Below, piece after piece: positions 9,067 through 19,120 of a stretch of 64,000 bases of DNA. The notes beneath the pieces were generated by a model that saw nothing but the letters and a program-made list of their open reading frames with translations, made no database searches and was not told where the DNA came from. The position numbers were made by a program, and so were the translations under genes. Origin of the DNA: Promethearchaeota archaeon (GTDB taxonomy: Archaea > Asgardarchaeota > Heimdallarchaeia > Hodarchaeales > Hodarchaeaceae); the NCBI GenBank assembly GCA_048938105.1, contig JBHLMN010000003.1:329994-393993 (forward strand), in the 5' to 3' direction. Position 1 is the stretch's first letter. Each line of letters begins with the position of its first letter.

Positions 9067-11244
9067 ATGATTGAAGTATATAAGGATCCAACATATGCAT
9101 TAAATACAAGAACAAAGGATTTATTATCGAGAATGACGATTGAAGAAAAAGTAGGTCAGATGTGTCAACTTGATCTCAGTCACGATCCTAAAATCTGGAT
9201 AAAAGAAAGAAATATTGGTTCATATCTTAATGTGAAATGGAAAGATACTCAAATCCTTCAAAAAATGGCTTTAGAAACACGGCTTGGTATCCCTCTTATT
9301 TTTGGAATCGACGCGGTACATGGACATTGCTTTCATGATGGAGCAACAGTATTTCCAACGCAATTAGCAATGTCCTGCAGTTGGAATCCTGATTTATTAG
9401 AAGAGGTAGCTCGGATAACAGCAAAAGAAGTGATATACACAGGTATTCACTGGACTTTTTCTCCTATTCTCTGTATTGGACGAGACCCTCGTTGGGGTCG
9501 TATTGATGAAACTTTTGGAGAAGATCCCTTTCTTATAGGAAAATTAGCTTCAGCAATGGTTAGGGGTTATCAGGGGAGGAACTTATCTGATCCCGAAAGC
9601 ATTCTCGCCTGTCCAAAACATTTTGTAGCTTATGGTGAAACAATTGGAGGGAGGGACTCTGCAGAAGCAGAAATCTCAAGGAGAAAATTGAAAGATATCT
9701 TTTTACCACCATTTAAGGAAGTAGTGGAGTCTGGTTGTGGTTCCATTATGGCAGGTTATCACTCAATAGATGGAACACCCTGCTCTGCAAATTCATGGTT
9801 ATTAAGAGATGTATTAAAAACAGAATGGGGATTTAAAGGTTTCATTTTGACTGATTGGGCTAATGTAACTTGGTTGCATGAATCACAATTTGTTTCTCCT
9901 ACATTAGCCAATGCGGCTGAAATTGCTCTTCTTGCTGGAAATGATATGATAATGTCAACCCCTGAATTTTATGATATCATAATCAAAGGAGTTAGAGAGG
10001 GTCACATTGATGAAAAACTCATTGATGATGCCTGTTCGCGAATCTTGAAAATTAAATTCCGCCTAGGTCTCTTTGAACAAAAAGGATACCCTATCACTGA
10101 TCTAAATCCCAAAATTATTGGGTGTACGTTACATAAAAAGAAAGCTTTAGAAGCAGCACTTCAGTCATTAGTCTTATTAAAAAATAACAATGATCTTCTT
10201 CCTCTAAATGAAAATTTAGGTAAGATTGCAGTATTAGGACCTAATGCAGATAATTCTATAGCTCAACTTGGCGACTGGTCCTTTGGAAAAGTTTTAAATT
10301 GGCCTCCAAAAGATAAAGATATTATAAATGGCCATAAAGCCAACACAGTTACTATTCTTGAAGGGATAAAAGCACGAGTTAAAGATAAGAGTTCTATATT
10401 GTATGCTAAGGGTTGTGATATATTAAACCCAGAAATAAAAGATATACAAAAAGCCACTTTTGTAGCTCAGGAAGCTGATGTAGCAGTAGTAGTTGTAGGG
10501 GATAGCCTTAGTTTAGTTGGAGAACATAAGGATCGAGCTTCTCTTGATCTTACAGGTGCACAAAATGAACTCTTAAAAGCTGTTAAAACGACAGGAACCC
10601 CTTTAGTTGTAGTTCTTATAAATGGAAAACCCTTAACAATTCCATGGGTAGCAAAAAATGCTGATGCAATTCTTGAAGCATGGAATCCTGGGAATGAAGG
10701 AGGAAATGCAGTTGCTGCTGTACTTTTCGGGGATTATAATCCTTGTGGTAAGCTGACGATAAGCTTTCCTCTACATATTGGGCAGTTGCCTGTTTTTTAT
10801 AATCAGCTGCCTGGGTGGCATGGAGGTAAATATGTAGACTTGGAGGCTGACCCTCTCTATCCATTTGGCTTTGGGTTATCTTATACTTCCTTTGAATATA
10901 AAAATCTTAGTTTATCAAAAACTAAATTGCAAAAAGATGAAATTTTGTATGTTTCCATGGATATTAAAAATACAGGGCATCGTAAAGGAGTCGAAATTGT
11001 ACAACTTTATGTAAATGATAAATATAGCTCTGTAACAACTCCAATTAAGGAATTAAAAGGCTTTAAACGTGTTGACATACAACCTGGAGAAGAAAAACAC
11101 GTTAAAATAGTATTACCCATATCTACATTGTCATTGATTAATTCTGAAGGCGTAGAATGTGTTGAATCTGGAGAATTTGAAATTATGGTTGGTTGGTCAT
11201 CAAGGGTTGAGGATCTTTTCAAGAAGACTATTGTTGTTTATTAA
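9067..11244 (+). CDS. GH3 beta-glucosidase (BglX-like), cytoplasmic
   Basis: DAVHG, RDPRWGRIDETFGEDP, KHFVAYG, ILTDW nucleophile, SLVLLKN, LYPFGFGLSYT, C-terminal Fn3-like domain. Confidence 0.9.
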   Translation: MIEVYKDPTYALNTRTKDLLSRMTIEEKVGQMCQLDLSHDPKIWIKERNIGSYLNVKWKDTQILQKMALETRLGIPLIFGIDAVHGHCFHDGATVFPTQLAMSCSWNPDLLEEVARITAKEVIYTGIHWTFSPILCIGRDPRWGRIDETFGEDPFLIGKLASAMVRGYQGRNLSDPESILACPKHFVAYGETIGGRDSAEAEISRRKLKDIFLPPFKEVVESGCGSIMAGYHSIDGTPCSANSWLLRDVLKTEWGFKGFILTDWANVTWLHESQFVSPTLANAAEIALLAGNDMIMSTPEFYDIIIKGVREGHIDEKLIDDACSRILKIKFRLGLFEQKGYPITDLNPKIIGCTLHKKKALEAALQSLVLLKNNNDLLPLNENLGKIAVLGPNADNSIAQLGDWSFGKVLNWPPKDKDIINGHKANTVTILEGIKARVKDKSSILYAKGCDILNPEIKDIQKATFVAQEADVAVVVVGDSLSLVGEHKDRASLDLTGAQNELLKAVKTTGTPLVVVLINGKPLTIPWVAKNADAILEAWNPGNEGGNAVAAVLFGDYNPCGKLTISFPLHIGQLPVFYNQLPGWHGGKYVDLEADPLYPFGFGLSYTSFEYKNLSLSKTKLQKDEILYVSMDIKNTGHRKGVEIVQLYVNDKYSSVTTPIKELKGFKRVDIQPGEEKHVKIVLPISTLSLINSEGVECVESGEFEIMVGWSSRVEDLFKKTIVVY

Positions 11245-11508
11245 GAATGTACGTAATTTCTTTTTTGTAACTTCTATTAATTTTCTATCAATCCACATTG
11301 ATCAGATTAAACTGCTTATTTATGTCCAAAAAAGCTTAGGCAATTTCTTATTTTAACATCATATTTAGTACTACAGTAAGAATACGATAAAAATGAATTA
11401 TAATTCAATATGATATATATTTAACATGGTAAAATACCCTCTAAGTTCACACCTCTTGAAATAAGATCACATGTATTCATGATATGTATCCAAACATTTT
11501 ACATGCCA

Positions 11509-11525
11509 GAAAAGATTTTAAATTG
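11509..11525 (+). promoter_or_regulatory. putative archaeal BRE/TATA promoter of the ABC importer operon
   Basis: GAAAAGATTTTAAAT (purine-rich BRE-like plus TTTAAA) ~70 nt upstream of the SBP start. A near-identical GAAAAGACTTTTAAAA occurs at ~13922 upstream of the permeases. Confidence 0.4.
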
Positions 11526-11592
11526 AAGAAGAAAATGATGTCGGTTTACTGAAATCCTATTTTTTTTCAGTAAAAAAAATGAAAGAAGGAAT

Positions 11593-13749
11593 ATGACTTT
11601 GAAACACAAAACTAGAATTAATATACTAGTATTTCTTATTTTCCTATCTATGTTAGCCTTTCCTTTCAATTCTACAGCGCAAGGCAAAACAGCGGTGCCC
11701 GCAGCTACTACTGTAGATTATACCACAGGATTCAACGTGAAACTAGGTGACTGGCCTATTCTGACTGTGTATGGTTGGAGTGATTCGATGATGCAGAGCA
11801 CATTACTATCAACTTACTTCACTGATCTGGGAATTTCGACGACTCCAGCATTCATTGAGTATGGAACTTATGTCAATGATTTCAATGCAATGGACTTCGA
11901 ACTCATGAATTTCTGTATGGGATTTGGTCCAGCTAATCGACCATTCGCCGCATATGGTGCATTCACAGGTCAGGCAGGTCAATGGGCCAACTATACAGGA
12001 TGGTACAGCCCAGAATTTGTGAACCTTCGGACTCAATGGGAAACTATTGACCCAACGAATACCACAGGAGAGCAAGCAATCGCCTCTAAACTACAGGAAA
12101 TTATAGCAAGTGAGATGCCATCTATTCCTATGTTTCCAAATGGATATTGGTATTCGTTTAATAAGAAGTATTGGGAGAATTGGCCCACTAAAACAAATAA
12201 CTGGATCCATGTAAGTGCACCCTGGAATACTGGTGGTGCTGGAGTGATGATGATGTATTTACTCAACCTTACATCAACTGGAACACCTGCACCAATTACA
12301 GGACAAGGTGCCTCAACTGACGCAGTAGTAATGCCAGCACGAGATGAGATTATTTGGTCTAGCGGTTATTGGCAAGGCCCCACGGGTTGGAATCCATTCT
12401 TTTGGGAAGAAGCATTTGGATCCTTTATCATGTACCAACCACTTTTTGACATGAATTACGAGAAAGGTGAACTGATGCCAATATTAGGCGAAAGCATGGT
12501 CTGGAAAGATGAGGGGTCGTGTCTCGAGATTACACTTCGAGATGAAGCAGAATGGTCTGATGGTACTCCTGTAAATAGTCAAGATGTTAACTACACATAC
12601 AACTACCTACTTGCTCCCTTTAGGTTTGGAGATTTCTCAACGCGAGTAAACAAGACGGTGATTGTAGACGATAAAACAATCCAATTCTATATGAACCCAA
12701 AATACAACTACAGCCAAATTATTTGGGATGGCTTTATTGGATACAATAAAATCGGCCCAGCACACGTATGGGAAGAGCTTGTCCCATGGTGGCGAGATGT
12801 AGGATTCGCTCAAGATTGGGGCGGTTGGGAACTGCAGGAATTCAAAAACAAATGGCTGGAAGATATTACGCTACCAAACGATACTAAAATTCCATTCCCA
12901 GCGGAATGGAAGGTTTGTTCTGGACCATACCATCCTTACTTCGTCTCCGATACCTTCGATAGGCACATTTACATAAGAGACGATGATTGGTGGGGTAACG
13001 ATGTCTGGCAAGCGCCAGAAGCCAAGTATATGGGGCAACTACATTATGCTACCAATTTCGCGGTGAATCAAGCGTATGCAGCTGATGAGATCGATTGGTT
13101 TGGTGGGTATTATCCCCGTATTTGGGAGCTCATAGCTGATAATCCAAATATTGATACTTGGACTGAAGGTGCTGAACCCTATTTCCTCCCGATTTCTGGA
13201 ATGGTTGAAGTAGTTCCAAACCACCTCAGATATCCGTTTAACGAGTATTGGTTAAGGGAAGCATTAGCATACGCCATCAATTATTACGACATGTCTGAAG
13301 TCTCTTGTAGTGGTTACCTAGAGAGAGCTCGCATGGGCTACCTTGACGATAGAAGCCCAACACAAGCATACCTTTACGATAGTGCAGTTGAAACGAAGTA
13401 TCATATCGATTATAACCTAACGAAAGCAATAGAAATCTTAGAAGAATATTGTTTCAAACATACTGATGGAGCATGGTACACAAAAGATGTTCCTGAAGAA
13501 TATCAATCCATGCTTGGACACGATGGTAACCCACTTAAAGACGAACTTGGAGTTGAAGAAACATCGGAGACTACTGCTACTAAGACCGCTACCAAAACCG
13601 CTACCAAAACCGCTACAAAAACCGCTACAAAGACCAAAACTAAAACCAAAACTTCAACAAGTCAAGCTGGTCCTGGTTTCGAGATTCTCGTTATTGCTAC
13701 AGCAGCATTTTGCATGACATTAGCCTATAAACGACGAAGACGAACATAG
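11593..13749 (+). CDS. ABC transporter solute-binding protein, family 5 (cello/laminari-oligosaccharide-binding type), circularly permuted, with Thr/Lys linker and PGF-type C-terminal anchor
   Basis: Signal peptide; LRDEAEWSDGTPVNSQDV, CSGPY, RDDDWWG, DEIDW..YPRIWEL, EPYFLP, LREALAYAINY, plus YGWSD and MPSIP..WY...KYWENWP placed N-terminally. Ends GPGFEILVIATAAFCMTLAYKRRRRT. Confidence 0.9.
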   Translation: MTLKHKTRINILVFLIFLSMLAFPFNSTAQGKTAVPAATTVDYTTGFNVKLGDWPILTVYGWSDSMMQSTLLSTYFTDLGISTTPAFIEYGTYVNDFNAMDFELMNFCMGFGPANRPFAAYGAFTGQAGQWANYTGWYSPEFVNLRTQWETIDPTNTTGEQAIASKLQEIIASEMPSIPMFPNGYWYSFNKKYWENWPTKTNNWIHVSAPWNTGGAGVMMMYLLNLTSTGTPAPITGQGASTDAVVMPARDEIIWSSGYWQGPTGWNPFFWEEAFGSFIMYQPLFDMNYEKGELMPILGESMVWKDEGSCLEITLRDEAEWSDGTPVNSQDVNYTYNYLLAPFRFGDFSTRVNKTVIVDDKTIQFYMNPKYNYSQIIWDGFIGYNKIGPAHVWEELVPWWRDVGFAQDWGGWELQEFKNKWLEDITLPNDTKIPFPAEWKVCSGPYHPYFVSDTFDRHIYIRDDDWWGNDVWQAPEAKYMGQLHYATNFAVNQAYAADEIDWFGGYYPRIWELIADNPNIDTWTEGAEPYFLPISGMVEVVPNHLRYPFNEYWLREALAYAINYYDMSEVSCSGYLERARMGYLDDRSPTQAYLYDSAVETKYHIDYNLTKAIEILEEYCFKHTDGAWYTKDVPEEYQSMLGHDGNPLKDELGVEETSETTATKTATKTATKTATKTATKTKTKTKTSTSQAGPGFEILVIATAAFCMTLAYKRRRRT
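13573..13653 (+). repeat. 12-bp coding tandem repeat (TATK x5) followed by TK repeats
   Basis: ACYGCTACHAAR x5 at 13573-13632, then ACC AAA ACT AAA ACC AAA ACT. Confidence 0.9.
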
Positions 13750-13757
13750 GAATAAAG

Positions 13758-13790
13758 CCTCTCCCCCCTTTCTTTTTTTCCCTTTTTTTA
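13758..13790 (+). terminator. pyrimidine/oligo-T terminator after the SBP gene
   Basis: cctctcccccctttctttttttcccttttttt just after the stop codon. Confidence 0.55.
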
Positions 13791-14167
13791 ATAAAATTAA
13801 ATCTCATGATAATTCACCTCAAATTTGTAAGTAAAATTTACTTTAACCCAATTAAAGGAGTTAATGTTATCATCATGCCACTTTTTTTGATGTGTAAAGA
13901 ATATAATTGTAATGGAACAATGAAAAGACTTTTAAAACCGCAAATAAGAAAGTGGAGGCGATAGATAGTTATCAGATCATCTTTTCGTTCTTTACTTATG
14001 TTCTAACAGGAATGTGACTGAATAAGTGTACTTACTCATCCCTTAATCATTATTCAAGATAAAACAAATTTCCTTGGATAGCGAAAACTCTTAAGAAAAA
14101 AAAGAAAAATTAACCCAAAAAGTGATTATAATTCCTTAGATGAGATATAAAATTATAGGTGAGAAAT

Positions 14168-15295
14168 TTGTCTTCTTCAGTAGAGCAAATAACAGAGATA
14201 AAAGAGAAAAAAAATGTATTACTAAGAATAAAAAGCACTTTTTCCCATTCTTATGCCAAATTCATAATGAAAAAAGCTGGTTTTTATCTACTTGTGATTT
14301 TTTGTGCCCTTACACTCACATTCCTCATTCCTAGGTTAATGCCTGGTGATCCTACTGACAGACTACTTCGGCCTCCTCCGAATGTCAGTGACCCTAAACA
14401 GCTGGAACAATACTATAAGATGAAAGACCTTATAATAGCCTATTATGGTCTTGATAAACCTATATTCCCTGATCAATTTGTGGAATTCTGGGATCATATG
14501 TTCCATTTGGATTTGGGAACCTCTTATAGTCTTTATCCAGTTTCTGTTGTGGACGCCATGATACCACGGATTTGGATGACACTCATCCTCGTGATTCCAG
14601 TATTATTCATTAGTTTCTTCCTGGGTAATTGGATTGGAGGTAAAGCAGCCTTTGGAAGTTTAGAAAAAGGATATTCAGCCCAATTAGCTGACTTAGTATA
14701 CTATGTGAATATGATCCTGCAATCTGCTCCCTTCTACTGGCTTGCTTTAATCGTTTATCTGTATTTCGTGATCGAGCTGAGAAAGCAAGGTGTTACTATT
14801 TTCCCAATTAATCACCCAGGAGGAGTGGGTCCAGAAATGATCCCAAGTGTCTCAATTGAATATTTCATTGAGCTTTTACGTCATTATGCGTTACCTTTTA
14901 TCACATTACTTGTTACTTTTACTGGTGGTTGGGCAACAGGTATGCGAGCTATGACTCTTTATGAAATGGAATCAGAATATTTGTTATATTCTGAGCAAAT
15001 GGGATTTAGGAAAAAGAAGTTACAATCATATGCCCAAAGGAACGCCATTTTACCTCAATTTACTGGATTAAATTTAAGATTTAATGATTTAGTAGGTGCG
15101 ACTATATTAACTGAAGCCATTTTCGGTTGGCCTGGTCTTGGTTCCATGCAATTAAACGCAATCATGATGCTGGATTTTCCATTAATAATTGGCACTTTTA
15201 TAATTACTTTGGTTATTGTGGTCTTTGGTAATTTTATCGTTGATATTACATATGGATTTATAGATCCTCGCATAAGAACTGGTCATGGAGGTTGA
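14168..15295 (+). CDS. Dpp/Opp-type ABC permease (DppB-like)
   Basis: FLIPRLMPGDP, YGLDKP, DLGTS, RNAILPQ, TEAIFGWPGLG, DITYGFIDPRIR; TTG at 14168 follows GGTGA. Confidence 0.9.
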   Translation: MSSSVEQITEIKEKKNVLLRIKSTFSHSYAKFIMKKAGFYLLVIFCALTLTFLIPRLMPGDPTDRLLRPPPNVSDPKQLEQYYKMKDLIIAYYGLDKPIFPDQFVEFWDHMFHLDLGTSYSLYPVSVVDAMIPRIWMTLILVIPVLFISFFLGNWIGGKAAFGSLEKGYSAQLADLVYYVNMILQSAPFYWLALIVYLYFVIELRKQGVTIFPINHPGGVGPEMIPSVSIEYFIELLRHYALPFITLLVTFTGGWATGMRAMTLYEMESEYLLYSEQMGFRKKKLQSYAQRNAILPQFTGLNLRFNDLVGATILTEAIFGWPGLGSMQLNAIMMLDFPLIIGTFIITLVIVVFGNFIVDITYGFIDPRIRTGHGG

Positions 15296-15299
15296 ATAT

Positions 15300-16151
15300 A
15301 TGTTGGATTTGATAAAACAAAATCGAGTATTCGCTTTTGCAATAGCTAGTTTTATCCTCATAATTGGCTTTGGATTTATAGTACCATACTTTACTAGAGA
15401 TCCACTGGATCCTATTTTGGATAGGTTTGGAACTAGAGTCATTTTTCGACCCCCATCACCAAATTATATCCTGGGAACTGATGATTGGGGAAGAGATGTC
15501 TTTGCTCAACTTGCTCATGCCACACGTAATTCTTTAGAAATCGGTTTTGTTACAGGAATCATGGTTGCAATAATTGGTGTTACTATTGGAACTGCTGCAG
15601 GCTATTTAGGAGGTTGGATTGATGAAATACTTATGTTTCTTACTAATGTCGTTCTTGTTTTTCCTGTCTTTCCAATGTTATTAGTTCTCTCAGCTCATCT
15701 AGAAGAAAGATCTATGTTCATGGTTGCAGCAATTCTTGCTATTACAGGTTGGCCTTGGGTAGCAAGAGCTTTAAGAGCCCAGGTTCTCAGCTTAAAGGAA
15801 AGAGAATTTGTGAATTTATCACGAGTCTCAGGGATGAGTAATATAAGAATAGCTTTAGCAGAAATTTTACCAAACATGCTTGCTTATATTGGATTGGTCA
15901 TAGCAATAGTTACTGGCGGAGCTATTGTCGCTGAAGCAGGAATTAGCATGTTAGGCCTGGGTCCAAATCCTCTAGTAAACCCTACATTGGGAGGAATGCT
16001 CTATTGGGTCATTCAGAACGAATCGATAAGATCTAATTACTATTGGTTGTATTTTCCCCCAGGGATCATTTTGACCTACTTTTTTGTTGACCTTTACATT
16101 TTACATAGGCATATGGACGAATTGTTCAATCCTAGATTGAGAAGGCGATAA
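15300..16151 (+). CDS. Dpp/Opp-type ABC permease (DppC-like)
   Basis: LGTDDWGRDVF, AGYLGGWIDE, WPWVARALRAQVLSLKEREFV, EILPN, FNPRLR; ATG 15300 after GGAGGT. Confidence 0.9.
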   Translation: MLDLIKQNRVFAFAIASFILIIGFGFIVPYFTRDPLDPILDRFGTRVIFRPPSPNYILGTDDWGRDVFAQLAHATRNSLEIGFVTGIMVAIIGVTIGTAAGYLGGWIDEILMFLTNVVLVFPVFPMLLVLSAHLEERSMFMVAAILAITGWPWVARALRAQVLSLKEREFVNLSRVSGMSNIRIALAEILPNMLAYIGLVIAIVTGGAIVAEAGISMLGLGPNPLVNPTLGGMLYWVIQNESIRSNYYWLYFPPGIILTYFFVDLYILHRHMDELFNPRLRRR

Positions 16152-16155
16152 CTAA

Positions 16156-17139
16156 ATGTCTGACTTACTCTTGGACGTAAAAAACCTAAAAGGTTATTAT
16201 AAGGGTGTTTTTGGTGTTGTTCATGGAGTAGATGATGTTACATTTACGCTTGAAAAAGGGGAAATTGTTGGTCTTGCTGGAGAATCAGGTTGTGGCAAAT
16301 CCACTTTAGCTGAACTCATTACAGGAACCCCCAGACCCCTCTTACATTATGAAGAGGGCACGGTTATTGTTGATGGATTTAATATTTATGAAATTAACAA
16401 GGAAGACTTGAGAACAGAGGTAAAGTGCAAGCGGATGTCATATGTCCCCCAAGCATCATTAGAATCTTTAAATCCCGTGAAAAAGATAAAGAATTTCATC
16501 ATGGATGTGGTACGAGAACGAACTGGTAAAAAAGGAGAAAAGAAGAAAATTCAAAAGCTTGCAGCAGACCATTTTGCCAGAGTTGGCCTAGATAAAGATG
16601 TTCTTAATCGCTATCCCCATGAACTTAGTGGTGGGATGAAGCAGCGGGTTGTAATTGCGATTTCTACTTTATGGAATCCAACACTTTTAATTATTGACGA
16701 ACCAACAAGTGCTCTTGATGTCACCTCACAAAAACGTATGGTAAAAATGCTATCGGAAGTAAAAAAGGAAGGGATTATTCAAAGCATCTTATTTGTCTCC
16801 CATGATATCGCTACTCTCAGACAAATATGTGATAGAATCATCATCATGTATTGTGGTGAAATTGTCGAAACAGGAAAGATGGGAGATATAATCAATAATC
16901 CACTTCATCCCTATACGAAGGGATTAATTTCATCCATTGTTTCATTTAATCCAGACGGTACTCGTCCAGCTGAATTGAAAAGCATTCCAGGAGAACAACC
17001 TGACTTAAGGAACCCTCCATCTGGTTGCCGATTCCACCCAAGGTGTTATAGTGCTGGCACCCACTGCAAAGAGTATGAACCCCCAATCTATACCCCATCT
17101 GGTAAAGATCATCAAGTGAAATGCTGGTTATTCAAATAA
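16156..17139 (+). CDS. ABC ATP-binding protein (DppD-like)
   Basis: Walker A GESGCGKST, YPHELSGGMKQR, DEPTSALD, C-terminal PSGCRFHPRC. Confidence 0.93.
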   Translation: MSDLLLDVKNLKGYYKGVFGVVHGVDDVTFTLEKGEIVGLAGESGCGKSTLAELITGTPRPLLHYEEGTVIVDGFNIYEINKEDLRTEVKCKRMSYVPQASLESLNPVKKIKNFIMDVVRERTGKKGEKKKIQKLAADHFARVGLDKDVLNRYPHELSGGMKQRVVIAISTLWNPTLLIIDEPTSALDVTSQKRMVKMLSEVKKEGIIQSILFVSHDIATLRQICDRIIIMYCGEIVETGKMGDIINNPLHPYTKGLISSIVSFNPDGTRPAELKSIPGEQPDLRNPPSGCRFHPRCYSAGTHCKEYEPPIYTPSGKDHQVKCWLFK

Positions 17140-17155
17140 TCGAATTGGTGTTCTC

Positions 17156-17959
17156 ATGACCGCAAATGAATTGCTTCTAAAAGTTGACAAATTAACAAAA
17201 ATATATTCATCTGGTCTATTAAGGACAATCCAAGTGATTGGAGCAAAAAATGTATCTTTTAATATTAAAAGAGGTGAAATTATTTCTCTTGTAGGTGAGA
17301 GCGGAAGTGGAAAATCGACAACAGCCAATATGATCTTGAAGCTAATCAAACCAACAAGTGGACATATTTTTCTTAATGATAAAGATATTTTTTTAATTAA
17401 AAATAGAAAAGAATACTATAAAAGAGTACAAGTGATATTTCAAGATCCATATTCCTCCTTTAACTTAGTATACAAAATTGATCGTATGTTAAACCAAGCT
17501 TTTAACCTTCTCGACACTCATTTCTCTAAAGCCACAAAACAGGAAATTATTGAAGATACTTTGGCGCAAATAGGTCTAAATGCAGATGAAGTTTTAGGCA
17601 GGTACCCTCATCAACTTAGTGGAGGGCAGCTACAACGATTTCTCTTAGCAAGAGTCTTAATTATCCGACCTGACTTGTTAATTGCTGATGAACCAACTAG
17701 TATGATTGATGCCTCGTCACGAGCAGGGATCCTGAATCTTCTTGAAGATTTAAAGGACGATACAGGTTTATCTGTGCTGTTCATTACACATGATATTGCT
17801 CAAGCACAATACATATCCAGCAAGGTTTGTGTGATGAAAAACGGGGAAATTATTGAAAAAGGTCTATGTGAGAAAGTTTTTGCTCATCCACAACATCAAT
17901 ATACAAGAGATTTACTGGCGAGTATACCTGATCTGCATAATAAATGGGGGGATATATAG
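17156..17959 (+). CDS. ABC ATP-binding protein (DppF-like)
   Basis: GESGSGKST, FQDPYSS, YPHQLSGGQLQR, ADEPTSMID. Confidence 0.93.
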   Translation: MTANELLLKVDKLTKIYSSGLLRTIQVIGAKNVSFNIKRGEIISLVGESGSGKSTTANMILKLIKPTSGHIFLNDKDIFLIKNRKEYYKRVQVIFQDPYSSFNLVYKIDRMLNQAFNLLDTHFSKATKQEIIEDTLAQIGLNADEVLGRYPHQLSGGQLQRFLLARVLIIRPDLLIADEPTSMIDASSRAGILNLLEDLKDDTGLSVLFITHDIAQAQYISSKVCVMKNGEIIEKGLCEKVFAHPQHQYTRDLLASIPDLHNKWGDI

Positions 17960-18005
17960 AGCAATATAGGATTTAAAAACGAAGAATTAAAATTGGGTAA
18001 AAAAG

Positions 18006-19106
18006 TTGAAAAACCGAAATTTAGCTTATATGATTATTTTTATTGGAATAATCATGAGTATTGGAATAATACAAATTAGATGTGTAAAGGCAGTAAGAGC
18101 AAACAGAAATGTCAAAAGGATTGGAAAATTTGATGACGGAGGCAAAGGTTTTGGTGTTTTTGTGAACAATTCTATCGCTTACTTAGCTGATGGTTATGAA
18201 GGATTAGATACTGTAAACATTAGCATCCCGGAGGAGGCGTACAAATTAGGAAAGTATAATGATTATGCTGGCCAATCCAGAAGTGTTTATGTAAGTGGCG
18301 CTTATGCGTATGTAGCTGAAGGTGAACGGTATGGTTTAGAGATTCTCGATGTATCCGATCCTACTAAACCCATCCAAGTAGGAGAATATAATGAATTTGA
18401 TGGTGAAGCTAGAGATGTTGTTGTTATTAATTCTTATGCCTTTCTCGCTGATTTTAAGAATGGAGTTAAAATTATTAATGTAACTGATCCGACCAATCCG
18501 ACAAAAGTTGGACAATACGACGATGGTGGTGAGGCTTGTGGAATATATATTAATAAAACACTTGCTTATATTGCAGATGGAAACGATGGCCTTGAGATCT
18601 TAAATATAAGTGATCCACTTAATCCAGTGGAAATAGGCCAGTGCTATGATGATAGTGGCAGAGCTACTGGGATTTTTGTCAGTGGTTCTTATGCGTTTGT
18701 GGCTGATTTTGACAATGGGCTTGAGATCATTAATATAAGTGACCCAACTAATCCAATTGAAGTCGGGGAATGCTATGATGATAGTGGATTAGCTAATTCC
18801 GTATTCGTTGAAGGTTCCCTTGCTTATATCGCTGATAATCAAGATGGACTAGAAGTGATTGATGTCAGTAATGTCACTAATCCTGTTGAAATAGGTCAAT
18901 TCTATGAAGAATATGGCCTTGTCGGCATGGCAATGGATGTTGTTGTTTACAACTCCTTTATTTATGTAGCTCATGGATCACAAGGATTAGAAATTCTGAA
19001 GTTTGAAACATATTCCCCTCCCCCAGATATTATCCCATTTGTCGTTGTTGGAGCTGTAGTGATTGGTGTAGGAGTTTGGTTTTTCAAAGGAAAAAAAGAG
19101 GAATAG
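18006..19106 (+). CDS. LVIVD-repeat beta-propeller surface protein with N-terminal signal and C-terminal TM
   Basis: ~7 repeats of V.V.G.YAY.AD...GLEI..ISDP.NP..IG.Y (~43 aa); hydrophobic ends, KGKK tail. Confidence 0.85.
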   Translation: MKNRNLAYMIIFIGIIMSIGIIQIRCVKAVRANRNVKRIGKFDDGGKGFGVFVNNSIAYLADGYEGLDTVNISIPEEAYKLGKYNDYAGQSRSVYVSGAYAYVAEGERYGLEILDVSDPTKPIQVGEYNEFDGEARDVVVINSYAFLADFKNGVKIINVTDPTNPTKVGQYDDGGEACGIYINKTLAYIADGNDGLEILNISDPLNPVEIGQCYDDSGRATGIFVSGSYAFVADFDNGLEIINISDPTNPIEVGECYDDSGLANSVFVEGSLAYIADNQDGLEVIDVSNVTNPVEIGQFYEEYGLVGMAMDVVVYNSFIYVAHGSQGLEILKFETYSPPPDIIPFVVVGAVVIGVGVWFFKGKKEE

Positions 19107-19120
19107 ATTCTGGAAAGAAT

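Noticed and set aside
13573-13653. Short tandem repeat as a CRISPR or contingency locus
   Set aside because: No spacers; the in-frame 12-bp unit encodes a Thr/Lys linker, so length change cannot switch phase
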